Positions 8,835 to 17,268 of a stretch of 45,792 nucleotides of DNA are shown here, piece by piece (positions within the stretch are counted from its first letter, which is position 1; every line of letters starts with the position of its first letter). Origin of the DNA: a virus. Lineage: Duplodnaviria > Caudoviricetes. The position numbers were made by a program, and so were the translations under genes. Where the stretch lies: positions 1-45,792 of IMG/VR virus record IMGVR_UViG_3300016263_001003; one strand, 5' to 3'. The notes below the pieces were generated by a model, which had not been told where the DNA came from, made no database searches, and was given only the letters and a program-made list of their open reading frames with translations.

Positions 8835-11099
8835 TTAGTTGCAGTTCCAACGACGGAGAGCTTTATTGATTCTTGAATCTGGATCTCTTGCAGTTTCGGC
8901 TGAGGTTAATCTTTTCTTCATTCCTCCCATTCTTGCACAAAATGATTTGCGACGAGATGCTCTTTTTCCTGTTGGATTCTTTTCAGTTACTGCAGTTTGT
9001 AGTTTAGAACCTGGATTTTCACGACGATACTTATTTACTGTTGATTGGCTAAGACCATCAACTCCATCTTTACGATTTGCTGACTGCCAATCTTCTGTAG
9101 TAAATTCTTCTTTTTTTAGATTTTCTGCTCTTCTTGCAGCTTTACTGCCTTTTCCTCTAGGTAAAGTATCTTTTTGTGGCATTCCATAAGATCCCACATT
9201 ACCTCCCCCACCACCAAAAGTTTTTACTCCTTGTTTTTTAGTTTGACCTTTTTGTGCGTGAACTTGTTTTGGAGCTCTACTTTGACCTTTTTCTGAGGCA
9301 GATCTGGAAATAGTTCCATACTCATGTGATGGGTGTGATTGAGATTTCCCAAGTAACCATTTTATTTTTGAATTTTTTCTGAACTGATTTGGCTTACCTT
9401 CTGTTTTTTTTAATAATTGCTCTCCTTTTTCTCTTGCTTTGCCTTGCAATTCTTCACCAATTACTCCAATATTGAGAAGATAGTTCTTTCTTCTCTTTTC
9501 TTTATCTGGATCTAAAACAATTGCAAGAGCTTGTTCTGCAAAATCTTCATATCTTCCCAAAACCGCCTCTTTGATATCAATCTCTTCAGAAGTTACAAGA
9601 GTTGGTTTTGTCGTATCAATTCTAGAAGGCATGTATGCGTTCAACACAGCGCCTGGATATACTTTTCTGATAGCATCCTCAACATCTTTTCTTGATGGAG
9701 TTGTTGAAGTTGGGAAAAATGTTTGGAGATTGTAAGTTGATCCATGCCAAGTTAAAATAATTGTGTAGGTTCTTCCATATTGTTGAATTTTATCAATATT
9801 TTCTTTTACGCAATTAGGAACCATTTTTTTTCCTTTCTTCTTCATGCCAAGTTGTTTGTATCCAACCCAACAAGCTTCTGAAACTTCCTCATCGCTTGAC
9901 ATATATTCAGCAGCAGTATCAACGAAATCAGCTGCTCTGGTAATTTTAGATTGAACCCAAGCAGGTAATTGCATCTTTGGATTCTTAATAACTCGTCTCA
10001 ACATTTCAATGGATCTTTCCATTTGATCCAATTCAAGATTTACCATATATCCTTCATCATCAACTTTTTTTCCAGAAGCAATTTCTTTGTGATCTTCTGG
10101 AAAAAAATGTTCAGACTTATTGCCCCAATTTGAAGCACCTGCTTTACGACACTTTACAAGTGCTCCAGATGCGTAAGCAGAAGGCCAGACACTATAACGA
10201 GACTTAACTTTCTTATAGCAAGCGTCTTTTTTTCCACTACCTTTTCCCTCTTTGTCAGACTCCCCAATCACATATTCATCGGCAAGTGGTAAAGATGGTC
10301 CAGAAAGTTTTCTTTGTGCAGCAGCCTTTTCATTTGGATTGGTAGTTCCAGTAGCAAGATTTCTAATTTTTTGTTGTTTCTGTGCAGATTTATGCCCAGC
10401 AACATCAATAGTAAAACTTTGTTCTTGCATTTTTTTTCTTCCTTGACAATGAGCTCTTTGGGAAAATCCCTTGGGATTATCACAATCTATAGATCTTTTA
10501 TATTTATCACTCCAATCTTCTTTGACATCTGTTGAAACATAAGTTGGTTTTGCAGCTCCTGATTTTGATTGTTGTCCAGGATCTGCTGATTTCTTTCTTC
10601 TCGATGCAGACAGTCTTTCGGATTTTGTCATACTTGCTCTTTTTGAGGAAGAAACACACTTTGGTGTTCCCTCTCCTGGCTCATCACTAGCACAAGTTCC
10701 ACCAGTAACTACATTTACCCAACCAGGTTTTCCATCTTTAGATCTTGATCCTTTAAACCACTGATGTAGATTACCTTCTTTTACTTGTTCTGCTTTTTTC
10801 AAACGAGTATAATAATCTGGAAGTTCTTCTATATGTTGAAGTGCAGTGATTCTTGCTCCAGACTTACTAGTTGTATGTTCGCCTTCAACTTTGGTGCCAA
10901 CTTTTACTTGTTTCATAATTTTATCCAAAGAAACCTTATGTTTCTTTGCAATCTCTTCAGGTGACTTATATGGTTTTACTGGTCCTTCTGGATCTTTTTC
11001 CTCTTTCATGGAACAATCTTCCATCCCATGTTTAGGGCACATCTTTCCTTTTGGAGTTTTGTTACACTTTGAGTGTGAACAACCACAACTTTTTTCCAT
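8835..11099 (-). CDS. Mosaic basic protein (754 aa), putative gp21-processed internal head polyprotein
   Basis: Long ORF downstream of late promoter boxes. Made of short K/R-rich modules delimited by MKE/VKE/MQE/IGE/VSE/IKE. The ORF is secure; the function is inferred. Confidence 0.85.
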   Translation of the reverse strand: MEKSCGCSHSKCNKTPKGKMCPKHGMEDCSMKEEKDPEGPVKPYKSPEEIAKKHKVSLDKIMKQVKVGTKVEGEHTTSKSGARITALQHIEELPDYYTRLKKAEQVKEGNLHQWFKGSRSKDGKPGWVNVVTGGTCASDEPGEGTPKCVSSSKRASMTKSERLSASRRKKSADPGQQSKSGAAKPTYVSTDVKEDWSDKYKRSIDCDNPKGFSQRAHCQGRKKMQEQSFTIDVAGHKSAQKQQKIRNLATGTTNPNEKAAAQRKLSGPSLPLADEYVIGESDKEGKGSGKKDACYKKVKSRYSVWPSAYASGALVKCRKAGASNWGNKSEHFFPEDHKEIASGKKVDDEGYMVNLELDQMERSIEMLRRVIKNPKMQLPAWVQSKITRAADFVDTAAEYMSSDEEVSEACWVGYKQLGMKKKGKKMVPNCVKENIDKIQQYGRTYTIILTWHGSTYNLQTFFPTSTTPSRKDVEDAIRKVYPGAVLNAYMPSRIDTTKPTLVTSEEIDIKEAVLGRYEDFAEQALAIVLDPDKEKRRKNYLLNIGVIGEELQGKAREKGEQLLKKTEGKPNQFRKNSKIKWLLGKSQSHPSHEYGTISRSASEKGQSRAPKQVHAQKGQTKKQGVKTFGGGGGNVGSYGMPQKDTLPRGKGSKAARRAENLKKEEFTTEDWQSANRKDGVDGLSQSTVNKYRRENPGSKLQTAVTEKNPTGKRASRRKSFCARMGGMKKRLTSAETARDPDSRINKALRRWNCN

Positions 11100-11119
11100 C
11101 TGTTAAGTTGATCTCTTAA

Positions 11120-11143
11120 TATTTATTTCTAAATATATTTAGA
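11120..11143. promoter_or_regulatory. Divergent late promoter cluster with a 16-bp perfect palindrome
   Basis: TCTAAATATATTTAGA (11128-11143) is self-complementary and carries CTAAATA on both strands; an extra ATAAATA lies on the minus strand at 11120-11126. Confidence 0.7.
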
Positions 11144-11159
11144 GAATCACTCTATAGTC

Positions 11160-11309
11160 ATGTATATCTTATCAAAACAAGATATAAACAAGTTGATTGT
11201 GGCTTGCAATAAGATGATATTGAATGTTACAGATAGACAAGTAAAAAACGAATACTCTCACTTAATTAATAGATTGGTAAGTTACAAAAAAGAAAATTTT
11301 CCAAATTAA
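11160..11309 (+). CDS. Small hypothetical helical protein (49 aa), opposite strand to the late operon
   Basis: Manual translation MYILSKQDINKLIVACNKMILNVTDRQVKNEYSHLINRLVSYKKENFPN*. Fills the gap, ends 2 nt from the gp16 stop and is preceded by CTAAATA. Confidence 0.7.
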   Translation: MYILSKQDINKLIVACNKMILNVTDRQVKNEYSHLINRLVSYKKENFPN

Positions 11310-11311
11310 TA

Positions 11312-11728
11312 TTATTTTATTTCTGGAAGCTTTCCATTTTTAAGAAGCTTTGATAATTCGGAAGTTGACCCCACAAACAATGCATTTGTTACGTTATTTG
11401 GACCTTGATAGTTGTTGTCAAGGTCCTTCATTTGTTTATGCAAATTCATTAACTTATCTGTAACATCTCCAATGTTTTTTATAAGTTGACCTGCAACTTC
11501 ATATGCTCTTGGATGTTGTGAACTATCAGCAACCTCTAAAATTCCATTTACAGCCTCTTGACCCTTTTCAATTAAAGACAATAACTGACCTCTAGTATAT
11601 TCGTAGTCTGTGGTTATTTGATCGTCTTTTTGTTTCTTGGTTTCTTGGGGCACTATATCATGTTCAACTTCAACAATAGAAGTTTCTATATTTAAAGATT
11701 GACTAATCTTATCAAAAGATTTTGACAT
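11312..11728 (-). CDS. gp16: Terminase small subunit (138 aa)
   Basis: DYEYTRGQL, HPRAYEVAGQLIK and NALFVGSTSELSKLLK motifs; follows gp15. Confidence 0.97.
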   Translation of the reverse strand: MSKSFDKISQSLNIETSIVEVEHDIVPQETKKQKDDQITTDYEYTRGQLLSLIEKGQEAVNGILEVADSSQHPRAYEVAGQLIKNIGDVTDKLMNLHKQMKDLDNNYQGPNNVTNALFVGSTSELSKLLKNGKLPEIK

Positions 11729-11731
11729 AAA

Positions 11732-12535
11732 TTACAAATCCTCAAGTATTGCAAATTCTTCATTAAATCCAAAATCATCTCCAGGTTGAACTAAAGCATC
11801 ATCAACAGTATTAATAACATTATCACTATTATAATCCTGTTTTGCTTCTGGAGTTACTGAATATCTTACTGTTTTTGATCTTGATGGTAGATTTCCATAA
11901 TCCACTTGAACTTTTTTGATGAGACCTTCTGTGGAATCTGCAACTGGTCCAAAAATAGATGTTTTAGCAGTAAACAGTAAAGTGTGAATAATATATCTTC
12001 GATCATCAAATGATCCAACATAATTATCTTGAAAAGAAATATTTTCCAACTGAATTGGAACGTCTTTCTTTTCTCCGATTGATGATATAAAATCAATTGT
12101 TATGTTTAGTGATGGTTGAAAATAAGGTAAAATTTGCTCAATAATTTGTAAAGAATCGTCATTTAACTTTGTAATAATATTCAATTCATATTGAACATTA
12201 TATGGAACTGGCATATAAACTTTTATCTTATTGCCATTATTTTTAGTTGTACTAAAATTTTGTGTAATAGATGATTTTCTAGTGGCGTCATATTGCAGTC
12301 CCCTCATTTCAAACGACATTCTTGGAAGCGTCAGAGATGACTTTCCTGCAAGATCTGGCTGTTGTTCAATTCTTGCGAGAAATTTTTGAATTGGTCCATA
12401 AGCTAGAGGAACTTTCAACATGCTAGCGTTAGTTCCATCTGGGTTTTTGTGAACAATTCTTATATTATTAAATAAAGTTCCAAACCCGATTGTTGTTTTC
12501 TTAAAAATTTCGTGATAAAAATAATCGCCTAACAT
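11732..12535 (-). CDS. gp15: Tail sheath stabiliser / tail completion protein (267 aa)
   Basis: YFYHEIFKKTTIGFGTLFNNI, KVPLAYGP, LPRMSFE, PVPYN and QIIEQILPYFQP. Confidence 0.97.
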   Translation of the reverse strand: MLGDYFYHEIFKKTTIGFGTLFNNIRIVHKNPDGTNASMLKVPLAYGPIQKFLARIEQQPDLAGKSSLTLPRMSFEMRGLQYDATRKSSITQNFSTTKNNGNKIKVYMPVPYNVQYELNIITKLNDDSLQIIEQILPYFQPSLNITIDFISSIGEKKDVPIQLENISFQDNYVGSFDDRRYIIHTLLFTAKTSIFGPVADSTEGLIKKVQVDYGNLPSRSKTVRYSVTPEAKQDYNSDNVINTVDDALVQPGDDFGFNEEFAILEDL

Positions 12536-13965
12536 TAAAATCTACCTCCCATGTCTCCATATTCCCCAAAGGGATTTCTTTCAGTAAAGTCTAAAATATC
12601 ATTCGCTTGGAATTCTATTTCTTCGTTTTGTCTATACTCATTACCATATTTAGTGCCATCCATATCATGGGATTCTTCTATTTGAGAAATAGTATAATAT
12701 CCAGTATTCCCAATTCCTGGAGATTGTAATAAAGTATTTGAACCATAAATTACTTCTCCTAATTGGAACTTTCCACTTACATTTGAAACATATAAAATCT
12801 TCGTATCATAATCCCAATTTTTAACTATCGCAGTTACTGAACTTGCTGACCCAGTTACGGTTTCTAGTGGAGAGAAATTTCCAGTTCCAACTCCACTTGA
12901 AGATGATATGGAAATAGATGGAGTAGTTGTATATCCAAAACCAGCATTTAATAAGTAAATATTAGTAACAATTCCAGATGTTACTTGTGCTTGTCCAATT
13001 GCAGATTGTCCAGATCCAACATTTCCAACAAATGTTACGGAAGGAACATTAATGTAATTGGAACCACCACTAGTTATAGTAATAATACCAACAGAATTTA
13101 AGGTGCTAATTCCAGCAGTTGCCGCAGCTCCAGTTCCACCACCACCAATAAATCTAATTAACGGTGGTCTAGTGTATCCATATCCTGGGTTTGTTATAAT
13201 AACTTCGTTGACTGAATATTTTCCAGAAGAAGATCTAGTCATGGAAGCAATACCAGAAGCATTTCCTCCACTCGGAGAAGTTGATATTGCTACTGTTGGT
13301 ACGCTTGTATAATTATATCCTGCAGATGTAATATAAACATCTACAAGAGAACCAGTTCTCAATGATGTTATTGCAGTTGCTGTAGATCCAATTCCAACTA
13401 AGGTTAGTTTTAACAAACTTCCTTTGGTTAAGAAATTATCATCAATATCATCAATTCCAGTATTAATAATCTCGTCTTCATATTCAAATGGTTCACAGCG
13501 CAATTCGTAAATATATAATTTGTTTAATTGATAAAACTCAGTTTCATGTTCTACAAATTTAATTTCATAGATGATATCTGAAAGTGGAAAATATATTAAA
13601 TCCCCCTCCGCAGGTCTTGTCGATAACTTTATTTGAGGATTTGAAGTGAGAAATGGGGAAATAAAATCTTCATATCTTTCTCTCGAAATTGCTAGTGACA
13701 ATTCATCTTTAGATTGCACTCCAAACTTTGTAAGTAAATCTCCAGATCCACCAAATCCTTGATAACTCATTACATATGCTTCTATAGCATATCCCTCATC
13801 AAATTTTGCAAGGATATTTTCTTTGATGACAGTATTTGTGGTCACATATTTTCGAGGGATGTAAATAATTTCTACACCATAAATTTTTAACTGTTCATTA
13901 ATTAAATCCTGAACAAGTCTTTGTTCTCCTCTAGTGCCTTGAATGAAAAATGGATTTAAAGGCAT
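12535..13965 (-). CDS. gp14: Neck protein (476 aa) with inserted Gly/Thr-rich repeats
   Basis: EQRLVQDLINEQLKIYG, RPAEGDLIYFPL, EIKFVEHETEFYQL and C-terminal LDFTERNPFG; central G-x-G-Y-T-x-x-P repeats. Confidence 0.96.
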   Translation of the reverse strand: MPLNPFFIQGTRGEQRLVQDLINEQLKIYGVEIIYIPRKYVTTNTVIKENILAKFDEGYAIEAYVMSYQGFGGSGDLLTKFGVQSKDELSLAISRERYEDFISPFLTSNPQIKLSTRPAEGDLIYFPLSDIIYEIKFVEHETEFYQLNKLYIYELRCEPFEYEDEIINTGIDDIDDNFLTKGSLLKLTLVGIGSTATAITSLRTGSLVDVYITSAGYNYTSVPTVAISTSPSGGNASGIASMTRSSSGKYSVNEVIITNPGYGYTRPPLIRFIGGGGTGAAATAGISTLNSVGIITITSGGSNYINVPSVTFVGNVGSGQSAIGQAQVTSGIVTNIYLLNAGFGYTTTPSISISSSSGVGTGNFSPLETVTGSASSVTAIVKNWDYDTKILYVSNVSGKFQLGEVIYGSNTLLQSPGIGNTGYYTISQIEESHDMDGTKYGNEYRQNEEIEFQANDILDFTERNPFGEYGDMGGRF

Positions 13966-13969
13966 AGTT

Positions 13970-14809
13970 TTAACCTATAAAGTCTAATGGTGGCATTTCA
14001 TACTCAGCTCTCATTCTTTGTTTAATCTCATCAAGTTCTCTAATAGCGTCTTCATACATTTGTCTGCCATTAAGTTCTACTCCACCTGGAAGTTTAACTC
14101 CAGTGAACTTCATCATGTTTTGTCCCCATTGTTTCTTAATTAAACATGTCAAATACATTTTTAAGAAAGAATCATTATATACATTATTGAAGTCATTTGG
14201 ATCTAAAATTCTATAACAATCTATTACTAAATATTCTCCAGCTTTTACTCCACCCCAGTGCATATCAATATAAAGTCTGTTTTGTCTTTTATTGAATCTA
14301 ATTGGTTTATCTGGGCTTAGGAGAAAATTAATTGTTTCCAAATAACTTTTTGTCATCGTGTATTGAAGTAGTTCAACTGATGTAAAGTTGTATACATCAT
14401 TTAAGAAAATTTGATATGCAACATTAAACATACCAGTTGATAAACTACTGGTATCAAGTCTCCAAATATTATTAATGCCTATTACAGTGTCTGGAATTTG
14501 CAAAAATCCACCATCTTCTTCAAATGTGAATGTAGTAGACACGCCCACTGTAGAAGTCGCTGTTGTTGTGATGATTCCTACAGGGTTTGCAGTTTGTCTT
14601 CCTCTTGCCCTATCAATTTCATCTTGAGTTATTCTATGTTTTAAATATACTTTTTCTACGCCGTCAAAGTGTCTTTCTTGGAAAAATTGCAAGGCATCAT
14701 CAACTAGATCATCAATCTGATCATCGTCAACGTTAATTTCTAAAACTGGTGCTCCTAATTTCCTTAGACAGTAGTCAATTAGTCCCTGTCTACTTGATGG
14801 TTTTGCCAT
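13970..14809 (-). CDS. gp13: Neck protein (279 aa)
   Basis: YCLRKLGAPVLEINVDDDQIDD, ERHFDG and KQWGQNMMKFTGVKLPGGVELNG. Confidence 0.97.
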   Translation of the reverse strand: MAKPSSRQGLIDYCLRKLGAPVLEINVDDDQIDDLVDDALQFFQERHFDGVEKVYLKHRITQDEIDRARGRQTANPVGIITTTATSTVGVSTTFTFEEDGGFLQIPDTVIGINNIWRLDTSSLSTGMFNVAYQIFLNDVYNFTSVELLQYTMTKSYLETINFLLSPDKPIRFNKRQNRLYIDMHWGGVKAGEYLVIDCYRILDPNDFNNVYNDSFLKMYLTCLIKKQWGQNMMKFTGVKLPGGVELNGRQMYEDAIRELDEIKQRMRAEYEMPPLDFIG

Positions 14810-14821
14810 GCTTTTTATTTT

Positions 14822-14828
14822 TATTTAT
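14822..14828 (-). promoter_or_regulatory. Late promoter core ATAAATA upstream of gp13
   Basis: tatttat on the + strand, 12 nt before the gp13 ATG; the AT-rich context lowers specificity. Confidence 0.55.
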
Positions 14829-15025
14829 TAAAAATCTTCAAGATTTTCGGATTTCTTTTTTGAATTTGTTTTTGGAGATTTTAATAATTCCAATTCTTTG
14901 GATAAAATCTCTACTTCTTTACTCAATACAATTACTTTTGATTCAAAAGCAATTGACTGTGTAATGGAATCACTCAATCTTTTTTGATAGACTGAAATCA
15001 AAGTTTGATAATCTGATTCGTTCAT
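14828..15025 (-). CDS. Small coiled-coil hypothetical protein (65 aa)
   Basis: ORF track; heptad-like Leu/Glu/Lys pattern; lies between the fibre gene and gp13. Confidence 0.8.
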   Translation of the reverse strand: MNESDYQTLISVYQKRLSDSITQSIAFESKVIVLSKEVEILSKELELLKSPKTNSKKKSENLEDF

Positions 15026-15035
15026 AGTCTTTAAT

Positions 15036-15061
15036 AAAAAAAGGGGAGATTACTCTCCCCT
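15036..15061 (-). terminator. Rho-independent terminator
   Basis: Minus strand reads GGGGAGA-GTAA-TCTCCCC followed by T7: a 7-bp stem with a GNRA tetraloop and a U-tract, downstream of the 622-aa fibre gene. Confidence 0.9.
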
Positions 15062-15084
15062 AGAGTTAAATTTATTTATTCAGT

Positions 15085-16953
15085 TTAGAAGGTGCCACCG
15101 TCAATAATAACGTTTTGTAGATGTCTACCAGTGACTCCACCAATACTAGTATAAGTGATTATTGGATCTGCAGTCCCTGCTGTATCTGTAATGTATAATC
15201 CTTTAAATTCCACGTCTGCATAATATCCAGAATCCACCGTTAAAACACCAGAAGACTCAGTGACACGAGCAGCAAGAACTAACCTAGCAGCACTATCATC
15301 CCAATAAACTGCACCAAGTCTTGCAGCACTATCATAGTAGTGCAACAACATACCAACATCTACGTTCAAATCTGAACCAGGAGCAGAACCGTTGACCTTA
15401 GCAAGCTCTATTAAGTTATCTTCAACCGTTAAAGATGTAGTATTTACTTGAGTTGTTGATCCATTAACATAAAGATCTCCTGCAATTGTTACAGAAGTAT
15501 CTGATAAAGTAATCGCTGTATTTCCAGTACTTGATTTGATATCATTTCCAGTAATTTTCAAATCACCAATCACTTCAACATCAGTTGATGATAAAGTAAT
15601 CGCAGTTGAACCAGCACCAGATTTTATATCATTTCCAGTAACTTGCAAATCACCTTTTACTTCTACATTTGCACCATTCAATTCAACAGCGTCAGTTCCA
15701 CTAGAAGATTGAATGGTATTTCCGCCAACTTTAATATCACCGGCAAAAGCAGTGAGAGTATTTGAAGTTAACGTGATATTTGTTTGTCCATCTGAAGACT
15801 TAACCGTTCCTGTTTTTACATATCCTGGAACAGTTAAGTCTGTTGAGGTAGCTTGAATTCCTCCAACTGCAAGATAAACTCCAGTTGGAACTTGAGTTGA
15901 ACCAATACCAACTCCATAGTTAAATAACCAAGCATCAGCGGTTCCACCGCCCATAGTACCACCCTTCACCCACATCATCTGTTTGTAGGTATCTGGGAAA
16001 GTATTAATTCCAACTACTTGAAGAGATACTAATGAAGTTCCTTCAGTGGATGCAATTGCAACACCACCATGATTTGCAGTATTATCTGTTGGAGATGATG
16101 AAGTACTTAATCCTAGAAGAATATCTCTCGATGCAATAACAACTTCTGTGGATGAAATTGTATATGAAGTACCACCTACAGTTACATTTCCAGTTACATT
16201 TAGATCATTGTAAATTTCAACTTTACCAGTAATATTTGTTGCACCATTAACATCTAATGCGCCAAAAGTACCTACTCCAGCAAAGTTAGCTCCTTTCCAT
16301 CTTTTACCAGATGCACCAATACTATAACTATTATCATCACTAGGAACTAAATTTGATTTAAATTCACCAGCAACTACAATATCATCCGTATCAGAGTCTC
16401 CAAGATTAATTGTTCCACCTTGGAAAGTGCAAGTTCCAATAAATGTTGATACTCCAGTAATGTTTAGATTTCCGCCAACATTTAAGTTTTTGACTATACC
16501 TAAACCACCTTTGATTTGGACAGCACCATCATTATAAGTTGCGCTATCTGTAGTATCACTAAACGTTGAAATTCCAGTAAAAATTGGATTAGCGGATCCA
16601 CTTCCCCACGTTAAATTACCACTACCATCATTCGTAAGGACTGAATTAGCAGATCCTTGAGTTGCTGGAAAATAATATGTAACTGCAGCACCAACTGAAA
16701 CTGGAGCTGCTAATGTAATATAATGAGATCCATTAGATAAACCTTCAACAAGGTTTACGCCACTTCCAGTATCATTTGTTTCTTTTGTCCAATATCTGGA
16801 TGATCCAAAATACTTATTATTTGAGGTTGTACCATCTAATCCAATATAAAAATTAAATTGGTCGGTGATAAAGGCTGGTTCTCCAGTATTCAATCCAACA
16901 GAGGCAAAATTAGATTGCGAACCTCTTTTAAACTTAATCGTTGGATTTGACAT
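15085..16953 (-). CDS. Fibre-like virion structural protein (622 aa), probably a neck/collar or tail fibre
   Basis: N-terminal IKFKRG...LNTGEPAF motif typical of phage fibre attachment domains; Gly-rich beta-helix-like repeats; occupies the wac/fibritin position before gp13. Confidence 0.8.
   Translation of the reverse strand: MSNPTIKFKRGSQSNFASVGLNTGEPAFITDQFNFYIGLDGTTSNNKYFGSSRYWTKETNDTGSGVNLVEGLSNGSHYITLAAPVSVGAAVTYYFPATQGSANSVLTNDGSGNLTWGSGSANPIFTGISTFSDTTDSATYNDGAVQIKGGLGIVKNLNVGGNLNITGVSTFIGTCTFQGGTINLGDSDTDDIVVAGEFKSNLVPSDDNSYSIGASGKRWKGANFAGVGTFGALDVNGATNITGKVEIYNDLNVTGNVTVGGTSYTISSTEVVIASRDILLGLSTSSSPTDNTANHGGVAIASTEGTSLVSLQVVGINTFPDTYKQMMWVKGGTMGGGTADAWLFNYGVGIGSTQVPTGVYLAVGGIQATSTDLTVPGYVKTGTVKSSDGQTNITLTSNTLTAFAGDIKVGGNTIQSSSGTDAVELNGANVEVKGDLQVTGNDIKSGAGSTAITLSSTDVEVIGDLKITGNDIKSSTGNTAITLSDTSVTIAGDLYVNGSTTQVNTTSLTVEDNLIELAKVNGSAPGSDLNVDVGMLLHYYDSAARLGAVYWDDSAARLVLAARVTESSGVLTVDSGYYADVEFKGLYITDTAGTADPIITYTSIGGVTGRHLQNVIIDGGTF
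15478..15741 (-). repeat. Three tandem 87-bp (29-aa) coding repeats
   Basis: GDIKVGGNTIQSSSGTDAVELNGANVEVK / GDLQVTGNDIKSGAGSTAITLSSTDVEVI / GDLKITGNDIKSSTGNTAITLSDTSVTIA. The DNA word tgataaagtaatcgc recurs at 15502 and 15589. Confidence 0.85.
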
Positions 16954-16972
16954 CTTGTTTACTATTTTTAAT

Positions 16973-16979
16973 TATTTAT
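16973..16979 (-). promoter_or_regulatory. Late promoter core ATAAATA upstream of the fibre gene
   Basis: tatttat in the 30-nt intergenic gap. Confidence 0.6.
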
Positions 16980-16983
16980 TTTT

Positions 16984-17268
16984 TCAAAAGTCTCCACCAT
17001 CAAAATCAATATTTTCAGCATTATTTGGATTGCTATCCAAAGCATTAATAAATGATCCTGGAATTCCTGCAGATGCTGCATCAGATAAAAATTGTGATGG
17101 AGAAACAAATACATACTGACCAGTGGCAGCATTGTATTGCATAATATAATTATCTTGAATTCCTGTTGTATTGATATCACTAATATTAGCTAATGAAGAA
17201 GTGTTAGATAAAACACTTACTAATTTTACAGTGTTTTGATCAGCCACTCTAACTTTGATTTCCGACAT
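16984..17268 (-). CDS. Small structural protein (94 aa, MSEIKVRV start)
   Basis: The ORF track starts at 17277, but the ATG at 17268 overlaps the upstream stop (TAATG) and is preferred. Ends DFDGGDF. Confidence 0.8.
   Translation of the reverse strand: MSEIKVRVADQNTVKLVSVLSNTSSLANISDINTTGIQDNYIMQYNAATGQYVFVSPSQFLSDAASAGIPGSFINALDSNPNNAENIDFDGGDF

Noticed and set aside
15478-15741. CRISPR array or DGR template/variable repeat pair
   Set aside because: The repeats are degenerate in-frame coding units without spacers or evident adenine-specific differences, and there is no reverse transcriptase or cas gene in the window.
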